Below are positions 56,760 through 64,000 of a DNA stretch of 64,000 nt, piece after piece (the stretch's first letter is position 1; each line of letters opens with the position of its first letter). The position numbers and the translations under genes were made by a program. The notes below the pieces were generated by a model. That model saw only the letters and a program-made list of their open reading frames with translations, was not told the DNA's origin and did not search any database. Source of the stretch: a virus (taxonomy: Duplodnaviria; Caudoviricetes); the IMG/VR virus record IMGVR_UViG_3300009183_000045; one strand, 5' to 3'.

Positions 56760-58637
56760 ATGAGTTTCGTCAAAGCCACTTTAAATATGTTTGAAATTCC
56801 ACTCAGTGGAGTTTTAGCCGGTAAAAACTCTGTAGTCAATCATGATAACAGTTTCATTATCGGATCGAACATGATGTCAACATCAGCAAATGTTTTATTT
56901 GTTAATAGTTTAAGTGCTTCTGGCAAAATTTTTGGAGTTACTGATGGTAGCATGGTTAACTCTGTAGGAGGAAAAAGAGGCAATGTAACCTTAGAAATTC
57001 CGGATGTTAATTACCTGGAAACAACTTTACAAAGTATTGAGCAAACTCTTTATTCTAAATTAGATTTAGTAGGAGGTACCATTGTTGGAGATCTTACAGT
57101 CACGGGAGGAATATCTGCACAGGGAGGAGTTCATTTTGCCAATACCATATTTTCCACAACCTCTTCTTTAAGTGTGGTCAACACTGGGTACGGCCCCGCT
57201 CTTTATGTATATCAAGGCAAAGGATCTGGAGATGTCGCTTCTTTCTATGACGGTGACGGAATAGAAGTTTTACATATAGGAAACGCAAAAAATACAGCAG
57301 GGCTGGATCCATCTGGGGTCATTGGGATTAAAACCTCTAATCCCAACAAAACTTTAACGGTTGTGGGTGAAATCAGTGCTACCTCAGATATTACCACTTC
57401 TGGTAAATTTAAAGGAGATGGAACTTCTTTGACATTGCCTTTGGCAACCTCTGGTCTTGCAGGTGTATTTAAATTAGGAGCTGGGTTATCTTTGGATCCG
57501 AACGGCGCTTTGAATATTGCCAATATTTTCACCGGTGCCACTGGAGCTACGGGTCCCATTGGAGCCTCTGGAGCCACTGGACCTCTAGGAATTACTGGAG
57601 CTACGGGACCTTCCGGGCCTATCGGATTTTCGGGCTCTCCTGGTCAAACAGGGACCCAAGGATCTACTGGAGCCACTGGATTGGGCGCTACTGGAGCCAC
57701 TGGCATTCAAGGTCCAAACGGCGCCACTGGACCCTTTGGTGCCACCGGCCTTGGAGCCACCGGCGCCACAGGCATTCAAGGCCCGAGTGGGGCGACAGGT
57801 CCTCAGGGTATTCAAGGAACTCCTGGAGGAGCCACTGGGCTTCAGGGTCCTACAGGAGCCACGGGATTAGGAGCCACCGGAGTTCAGGGGCCAGCCGGCA
57901 TTCAAGGGGCCACTGGAATAGGAGTTCAGGGACTTAGTGGTAATCCAGGAGCTACTGGAGTCATGGGTCCCGCCGGGCCTGTAGGTGCTACTGGAATAGG
58001 TGCCACCGGACTTCAGGGCACTATAGGAATACAAGGAATTCAAGGTCCAAGCGGGGCCACGGGTATTCAGGGTGCCACTGGTTTAGGAGCAACCGGCATT
58101 CAAGGACCCACAGGTGCCACGGGAATACAGGGTGTCTCTGGTTTATCTGGTAGTCTAGGACAAACTGGACCCACAGGTGCTACTGGTATTCAGGGAGCCA
58201 CAGGAATACAAGGTGCTACTGGTATTCAGGGAGCCACTGGTGCAAACTTAGACAGTACTAAACTTCCTCTAGCAGGTGGAACCATGACTGGTGGGATAAA
58301 TCTTCTCTACGTCACAGAAACATATGCAGTCCCTTCCATTGTATCCAATGCAGTTGCTTTTGATTTAACATCTGCCTCTTTATTTAGATTAACTCTAAAT
58401 TCTACAGTCACTATAACCTTTACAAACACCCCAACTGCTCCAAAAGTTTATAGTTTTGCTTTACAGACTATAGGAGACGGAACTGCTAGAGCCATTACTT
58501 GGCCCACTACTATTAAATGGCCAACAGGAGTTGCACCCACCGTAACATCTACTCTTAATAAAGTAGATACATACAGCTTTCTCACATCAGATGGTGGCTC
58601 CAACTGGTATGGATATATAGGTTATCAGGGACATTAA
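56760..58637 (+). CDS. Collagen-like tail fibre
   Basis: About 237 aa of Gly-X-Y (GATG/GIQG), flanked by globular fibre domains. Confidence 0.85.
   Translation: MSFVKATLNMFEIPLSGVLAGKNSVVNHDNSFIIGSNMMSTSANVLFVNSLSASGKIFGVTDGSMVNSVGGKRGNVTLEIPDVNYLETTLQSIEQTLYSKLDLVGGTIVGDLTVTGGISAQGGVHFANTIFSTTSSLSVVNTGYGPALYVYQGKGSGDVASFYDGDGIEVLHIGNAKNTAGLDPSGVIGIKTSNPNKTLTVVGEISATSDITTSGKFKGDGTSLTLPLATSGLAGVFKLGAGLSLDPNGALNIANIFTGATGATGPIGASGATGPLGITGATGPSGPIGFSGSPGQTGTQGSTGATGLGATGATGIQGPNGATGPFGATGLGATGATGIQGPSGATGPQGIQGTPGGATGLQGPTGATGLGATGVQGPAGIQGATGIGVQGLSGNPGATGVMGPAGPVGATGIGATGLQGTIGIQGIQGPSGATGIQGATGLGATGIQGPTGATGIQGVSGLSGSLGQTGPTGATGIQGATGIQGATGIQGATGANLDSTKLPLAGGTMTGGINLLYVTETYAVPSIVSNAVAFDLTSASLFRLTLNSTVTITFTNTPTAPKVYSFALQTIGDGTARAITWPTTIKWPTGVAPTVTSTLNKVDTYSFLTSDGGSNWYGYIGYQGH
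57534..58244 (+). repeat. Collagen Gly-X-Y coding repeat
   Basis: Repeated ggagccactgg/attcaggg units with occasional G-X-G interruptions. Confidence 0.9.
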
Positions 58638-58639
58638 TT

Positions 58640-59125
58640 ATGAAATTATATTGCTTAGTAGAAGACAGAAAAGATGAAGAAGGTAATGTTTATAAGAGTA
58701 TAAACCAAGGTCCCACAGAATTGCCGCAAAACACTTCATTTGTTTCTAATTTAAATTCTTTAGACGAAACCTCTCTTAAAGAATTGGGATGGTTGCCTTA
58801 TAAAAAGCAATCAGAAGACAAAGAAGTTTATGTTTCTTCTAAATATGAAATTTTAGAAGACAAAGTAATTGAAATTATAGAAACCAGAAATAAAACCGAA
58901 GAAGAATTAAACATTGATAAAGAAAAGAGAGAATATTATCTATGGCAAGATTTGAGAAAACAAAGAGATCAGTTGTTGTCTGAATCTGATAAAATGGTCA
59001 TGGTGGACAAGTGGGAAAAAATGAATGAATTTGAAAGAGAAAGGATATCCACATATCGTCAATCTTTAAGAGACTTGCCAGATTTAACCAAAGATCCTGC
59101 CGAAGTAAACTTTCCAGTTCTTTAA
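58640..59125 (+). CDS. Tail fibre assembly chaperone-like protein
   Basis: W..LRKQRDQLLSESD......D......YRQSLRDLP...P....FP motif. Confidence 0.8.
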   Translation: MKLYCLVEDRKDEEGNVYKSINQGPTELPQNTSFVSNLNSLDETSLKELGWLPYKKQSEDKEVYVSSKYEILEDKVIEIIETRNKTEEELNIDKEKREYYLWQDLRKQRDQLLSESDKMVMVDKWEKMNEFERERISTYRQSLRDLPDLTKDPAEVNFPVL

Positions 59126-59129
59126 TTTT

Positions 59130-60899
59130 ATGTCTTTCTTATTTGCCCAGCGCAGGAGTTTTTCGAATTCTTTGTCCGTCAAAGGCCTCGGAACATTTAA
59201 TAGAATTGCAGCGACCGACGGCTGTTCTTTGGCTCTTAAAAGTGATGGCACATTAATTGGATGGGGAATTGGCCCTCACCTTATCATTCCTTCTAGTGCT
59301 AATTCAGGGGTGGTGGACATTAAAGTAAGCCAGCAAGGTTGTTTGGCTCTTAAAAGTGATGGTTCAGTGATAGGATGGGGCACTAATTGGTATGGTGAAT
59401 TCACCATTCCTATTGGAGTTAGTTCTAAAGTGGTGAGTATTTCCCTGGGCGGCCATCATTCTCTAGCTCTTAAAAGTGATGGCACTGTAGTTGGCTGGGG
59501 GGATAATAGTTACGGCCAAATTACTATTCCTTCTAGTGCCACTTCTGGTGTGGTGGCTATTGCTTGTGGGTATTACCATTCTCTAGCTCTTAAAAGTGAT
59601 GGATCTGTAATTGCCTGGGGATTTAATAATTTTGGTCAAACCACTATTCCTATTAGTGCTAATTCTAATGTGGTTGCTATTGCTGCAGGTGGCTTCCATT
59701 CTCTAGCTCTTAAAAGTAATGGCACTGTAGTTGGCTGGGGGAGCTATGTTTATGGAGAGCTCGCCATTACAGATTCTAATGTGGTGGCTATTGCTGCTAG
59801 TGGGAATGTTTCCTTGGCTCTTAAAAGTGATGGCTCTGTAATTAGTGCCGGACAATGGGCGTTCTACAACGCCAATACCAATCAAATGTATTATGTCGGG
59901 GTCACCAATCCCACTAGTGTTAGTTCTGGCGTGGTTACTATTGATACCTCTAGTCGAAGTTGTTTAGCCATTAAAAGTGATGGCTCTATAATTGGTTGGG
60001 GGGATAATAGTGTCGGCCAAATTACTATTTCTACTACAACCCTTTCTAGAGCAGCCTGTGCAAAAAGAATTGCTGCTGGCCGCACCCATTCTCTAGCTCT
60101 TAAAAGTGATGGATCTGTAATTGCCTGGGGATTGAATAATTTTGGTCAAACCACTATTCCTTCTAGTGCCACTTCTGGTGTGGTGGCTATTGCTGGCGGC
60201 TGGCGCCATTCTCTAGCTCTTAAAAGTGACGGCTCTGTAATTGCCTGGGGAGATAATTTTTATGACCAAACTACTATTCCTTCTAGTGCCACCTCTGGTG
60301 TGGTGGCTATTGATTGTGGGGATTACCATTCTCTAGCTCTTAAAAGTGACGGCTCTGTAATTGCCTGGGGATATGGTGTTGACGGTCAAACCACCATTCC
60401 ATCCAGTGCCACTTCTGGTGTGGTGGCTATTGCTTGTGCCCAATATTATTCTCTAGCCCTTAAAAGTGACGGCTCTGTAATCTCCTGGGGGCGTAATAGT
60501 GTCGGTCAAGCCCCCATTCCATCCAGTGCTGCTTCTGGTGTGGTGGCTATTGCTTGTGGCGTCGAGTATTCCATGGCCCTTAAAAGTGACGGCTCTGTGA
60601 TTGGTTGGGGAATCAATATTTACGGGACGTCACCCGTTATTCCATCCAGCGCGCTTTCTGGTGTAGTGGCTATTGCTTGTGGTGGCAACCATTATCTAGC
60701 ACTTAAAAGTGACGGCTCTGTAATTGCCTGGGGATATAATAATTATGGTCAAACCACCATTCCATCCAGCGCACTTTCTGGTGTAGTGGCTATTGCTGGC
60801 GGCAGCGAGCATTCCATGGCCCTTAAAAGTGACGGCTCTGTAATTGCCTGGGGAAATAATAGTAGTGGTCAAACCACTGTTCCAGCATCTTTAACTTAA
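59130..60899 (+). CDS. BLIP-II/RCC1-like protein with 14 repeats (two 7-bladed beta-propellers); candidate receptor-binding adhesin
   Basis: Fourteen ~40-aa repeats SGVVAIA.G..HSLALKSDGSVIAWG.N..GQTTIP; follows the fibre chaperone. Confidence 0.85.
   Translation: MSFLFAQRRSFSNSLSVKGLGTFNRIAATDGCSLALKSDGTLIGWGIGPHLIIPSSANSGVVDIKVSQQGCLALKSDGSVIGWGTNWYGEFTIPIGVSSKVVSISLGGHHSLALKSDGTVVGWGDNSYGQITIPSSATSGVVAIACGYYHSLALKSDGSVIAWGFNNFGQTTIPISANSNVVAIAAGGFHSLALKSNGTVVGWGSYVYGELAITDSNVVAIAASGNVSLALKSDGSVISAGQWAFYNANTNQMYYVGVTNPTSVSSGVVTIDTSSRSCLAIKSDGSIIGWGDNSVGQITISTTTLSRAACAKRIAAGRTHSLALKSDGSVIAWGLNNFGQTTIPSSATSGVVAIAGGWRHSLALKSDGSVIAWGDNFYDQTTIPSSATSGVVAIDCGDYHSLALKSDGSVIAWGYGVDGQTTIPSSATSGVVAIACAQYYSLALKSDGSVISWGRNSVGQAPIPSSAASGVVAIACGVEYSMALKSDGSVIGWGINIYGTSPVIPSSALSGVVAIACGGNHYLALKSDGSVIAWGYNNYGQTTIPSSALSGVVAIAGGSEHSMALKSDGSVIAWGNNSSGQTTVPASLT
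59220..60890 (+). repeat. Tandem ~120-bp coding repeats
   Basis: ctctagctcttaaaagtgat units recur at 59461, 59581, 59701, 60091, 60211, 60331, 60451 and onward. Confidence 0.92.
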
Positions 60900-60947
60900 C
60901 AGAAGAGTTATACTATCATAGTTAACCATTCTTGATAAATAGTATAG

Positions 60948-63900
60948 ATGTCCGTTTCTTTTAATTTTCCAGACCTCAACACTATTCAATGGCTCCCAGT
61001 TAATTATAAAACTGTAGGCCAAGATTATGTTACTAAATTTACTACTTTAAAATTTCAAGACGGAGTAACTTTTGGGTTGAATGAATGTTTAAAGAATTTT
61101 AAAGATGCATCATTTAATAAGAGCACTGGAATGTTCTTAACTGACATTAACACTAGTTCTAACATTTTAGAAGATGCTAGTAACCCCGACGATATTAGCA
61201 ATCTGGCTCAAATTTTTACACCCATATGCACAGTTGATTCACTAGACAATAAATTAATAACTCTATCTACAACCTATGAATTGTCTGCCACATCTCGTGT
61301 GGCTATGGATTTATTTGGTAAAAATTCTAATGCTCAATCCTCAGATAATTTTAATTTTATTTTCTCTAAAGATTTCACACATGTATTAAACAACGCAGAA
61401 GAAAATTTTGTTTCGGTAGAAACCACTTATTATAGCAAAAACACTCAGGAAGTTCCTCATCAATTTTTATTAACTTGGAATAATATTAATAATAAATTAA
61501 TTTTTCAACCAAAAATACATCCAGATAGTAATAGTCAGAAATTTTCTTATCTATTGTCCGATGATGGTATTTGTTTATTTAAACCGGATACAAACTTTTC
61601 TATACTGGTAGATAAGGATTCAAGCTCAGATACTTTTGTTTTTAAAAACTATACACCGACTCCGAATGAAGCCCTTCCTCTTTCTTCCTTTTTAAAATTT
61701 GTTTCTTATAAAATCCAGCAACTCTCTCATTCAGATATTGTAGACAGCCATTTGACTCGGTATGCAGTTAACAAATTAGACTATCAACAAGAAATAGTCC
61801 CAGACCCAGAAATTAATTCTGAGCCATATTCTCAAAATTTCTTAGGCATTTTTCCAGTAGAGAAACCCGTAATTGAAGATGATAGAGCTACCTACAATTT
61901 ACAAATACACGGATTAAAAAATTATCAAACCCCTGAATACAATTACTCTTTTAATAAAAATTATGTAGATGGATACAATGGAGTTCATCGAATATATGAT
62001 CACATATTTTCCGGATCCAATCAAAAAGAAGGTCTTCTTAATGTCCATTTGGGGTATACCGCAAATACTTCAGAGTTAACATTTTTAAGAGACCAAGAAA
62101 CCCCATTTAATTTTGCCTCTACTTCTTTTAGAATGCCTTTGAGTAGTGCGGGCCTTATAGAAGACGGAGCCATTCCTGGTCATCATCCGTTTGTTTCTGA
62201 TCGCATATACTTTCGCCAAATGGATTATAATGGACAAATACAGGGAGTGCCCCAACCTCCTAGTATAAACAAATTCACCAATACATGGTTATGTGCTTGG
62301 TTATCTGGGTCTAATAGCAATGGTTCATTATGGATGGATAGATTTTATAATGCAGCTTATTATACTTTAGACCAAGCCCTGACTTCAAACAATTTAATTT
62401 ATCATGATAAAATAGACCCTTCTCAGAGTTACATAATAGATGTTCCTTCTACTATGTTTTTAGAACCAGGAGCCTTTTATAGATACTATCACAGTGGTAT
62501 TAAGACTAGTCAACAATATGTGCCTTTTATAGACGGAACCTTCAACTCTCCGCTTGGATCAAAGGTACTGCATATAAGTTCTTGGAATTCTAATCCTTTA
62601 CAGGACAATTCTTTATACCAAAACAATGGTTTAATACATCCTGTGGGTTTTTTGAACAAAGAATCTGATTATTGGGATTTGACTGGAGATAATCATGTTG
62701 TGTTTCCATCTAAAAGTCAATTATTAGAAGAACATCACTTTACAACCTCTTTATGGGTCAAAGTGTCTAACTGGTCTAATATTCAAGGGAAACAGATATT
62801 CGGTAATTTCTATGACAGTGGATATGGCCTACTCAATGATACATCTTTAACAGCACCTTTATTATCCTTTATAGATAAATCTACCGGACAACTTTATAAT
62901 TTAAATTATAAATTTAAAATTGTAAACACTTCTGATACTCCTATAGATGCCTTAACCAAAAATATTATCACCGTCAGGCTTCCAGATTTTACTTATTGGG
63001 TATTTGATGCCAATAACGGAACTGGTATTAAATTTGACATTGAAGGAAGGAAATTAAAATCCACCACTCAAAGATTTTTTAGAATAGCTCAAATAGAAGT
63101 AGATGAAAATTCAAATCTACATATATTTCAACCTTACAAAAAAAGAGTAATTGTTTTAAATCAACATGGTGTTTTATTAAACAAACTTACTTATCACATT
63201 AAAAAAAGAGCCTCAGTTCGAGTGGAGCTTTTTAAATATCAAAATTTTTCTAAAACATCTGTTATTGAAATTTTTGGAAATGCTTCCGTGATTGACAATG
63301 AAGGACACATCTGGCAAGTGTTAGGCAATAACCTGTACAAGTCAACTTACAATGCAATTTCAGATGTTCATGGGTCACCGACATTTTTTGCGACTCTGGG
63401 AGTTACCCAACAAATAACCTGTGACTCTTATAACAATATATGGATATTACACGATCAAGATAAAATATCCATTCTTAAAGCAAATCAAAAATCTTTTCAG
63501 ACCTTTAGAATGGGCAAACGCAAAGGCCTTCCTGAAGACCCTTGTTTAAAAAATTCTGTTAGGTTTCGATATCTTAACTTCGTCAAAACACCAGAAACTA
63601 GTACAGTAGATTGTGAGGTTCAAAAATATAAAGATTTAGCAATATTAATAGATGTAAGAGACAACGAATTAATGTTATTAGATTTAAACGGAGATCTCCT
63701 CACTCGTTTAGACATGACCACATTGTATGGATTAAAATCTTCCGTTCCAGAATTTTGTGCGGATGGTGATTTTACTGGATATCAATTATTGAGAAGATTT
63801 AAGAGCAATAGTAAAAACATAGGTTGGAAATTTTATATAGCAGAAAAGACTGGTAGATACCCAGAAACATTATCTTTAAAATATGACAGTTCTTTACTGC

Positions 63901-64000
63901 ATCCCGGGTGGCATCATTTTACTTTTGTTTTTGATGCAGAAAATGGAGTTGCCTCTTATTATATAGATTCTGTTTTAGTGGATCAAACCCCAGTAGACAA
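60948..64000 (+). CDS. Large structural protein with LamG/concanavalin-like domains (partial, runs off the window; absent from the ORF track)
   Basis: ATG 60948 after ATAAATA; frame spot-checked at both ends; FTTSLWVKV and PGWHHFTFVFDAENGVASYYIDS LamG-type motifs. Confidence 0.7.
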   Translation, partial: MSVSFNFPDLNTIQWLPVNYKTVGQDYVTKFTTLKFQDGVTFGLNECLKNFKDASFNKSTGMFLTDINTSSNILEDASNPDDISNLAQIFTPICTVDSLDNKLITLSTTYELSATSRVAMDLFGKNSNAQSSDNFNFIFSKDFTHVLNNAEENFVSVETTYYSKNTQEVPHQFLLTWNNINNKLIFQPKIHPDSNSQKFSYLLSDDGICLFKPDTNFSILVDKDSSSDTFVFKNYTPTPNEALPLSSFLKFVSYKIQQLSHSDIVDSHLTRYAVNKLDYQQEIVPDPEINSEPYSQNFLGIFPVEKPVIEDDRATYNLQIHGLKNYQTPEYNYSFNKNYVDGYNGVHRIYDHIFSGSNQKEGLLNVHLGYTANTSELTFLRDQETPFNFASTSFRMPLSSAGLIEDGAIPGHHPFVSDRIYFRQMDYNGQIQGVPQPPSINKFTNTWLCAWLSGSNSNGSLWMDRFYNAAYYTLDQALTSNNLIYHDKIDPSQSYIIDVPSTMFLEPGAFYRYYHSGIKTSQQYVPFIDGTFNSPLGSKVLHISSWNSNPLQDNSLYQNNGLIHPVGFLNKESDYWDLTGDNHVVFPSKSQLLEEHHFTTSLWVKVSNWSNIQGKQIFGNFYDSGYGLLNDTSLTAPLLSFIDKSTGQLYNLNYKFKIVNTSDTPIDALTKNIITVRLPDFTYWVFDANNGTGIKFDIEGRKLKSTTQRFFRIAQIEVDENSNLHIFQPYKKRVIVLNQHGVLLNKLTYHIKKRASVRVELFKYQNFSKTSVIEIFGNASVIDNEGHIWQVLGNNLYKSTYNAISDVHGSPTFFATLGVTQQITCDSYNNIWILHDQDKISILKANQKSFQTFRMGKRKGLPEDPCLKNSVRFRYLNFVKTPETSTVDCEVQKYKDLAILIDVRDNELMLLDLNGDLLTRLDMTTLYGLKSSVPEFCADGDFTGYQLLRRFKSNSKNIGWKFYIAEKTGRYPETLSLKYDSSLLHPGWHHFTFVFDAENGVASYYIDSVLVDQTPVD

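Noticed and set aside
319-60085. Many short antisense or alternate-frame ORFs in the track (e.g. 319-612, 13006-13497, 14714-15187, 36492-36818, 54562-54972, 57245-57815)
   Set aside because: They lie wholly within longer, motif-supported genes and reflect codon periodicity or repeats
59220-60890. CRISPR-like alternation of constant and variable blocks, or a DGR variable region (first loop codons mostly NNY, as after AAY mutagenesis)
   Set aside because: The repeats are in-frame protein blades, not repeat-spacer units. There is no cas gene, reverse transcriptase or non-coding template repeat in the window. The second loop contains TGG, CAA and GAG codons that AAY mutagenesis cannot produce, and NNT bias is expected in AT-rich DNA. 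A genome-wide RT/TR search would settle the DGR question.
1-64000. Stop-codon reassignment, introns/inteins, tRNA or rRNA genes
   Set aside because: Core genes are full length under the standard code with TAA, TGA and TAG all used as stops. No intein or homing-endonuclease motifs were seen, and the intergenic gaps are short with no cloverleaf recognised by eye.

Overview
This window is a 64-kb segment of an AT-rich, gene-dense, lytic T4-like (Tevenvirinae-superfamily-type) large myophage genome; it is not cellular DNA. It carries recognisable T4 core homologs: gp61 primase, gp62 and gp44 clamp loader, gp15, gp20 portal, gp13 neck, gp4, gp21 protease, gp22 scaffold, gp23 capsid, a probable gp16, and gp25 and gp6 baseplate proteins. 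These are in a rearranged order, and many are preceded by T4-type late-promoter cores (TATAAATA/TAAATA). About 25 kb encodes very large baseplate, fibre and adhesin proteins. Accessory content of most interest: (1) two tandem Tat-signal DUF1501 genes, which point to a Planctomycetota/Verrucomicrobiota (PVC) host; (2) a queC - class II glutamine amidotransferase - glycosyltransferase - DUF366 ligase-like cluster, suggesting an undescribed 7-deazaguanine hypermodification; (3) a minus-strand island of five glycosyltransferase-like genes; (4) a 14-repeat BLIP-II/RCC1-like double beta-propeller with a constant framework and hypervariable loops, placed like a fibre-tip adhesin. I saw no rRNA, tRNA, CRISPR array, integrase or transposon. 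All family assignments come from motif recognition by eye; no database search was run.
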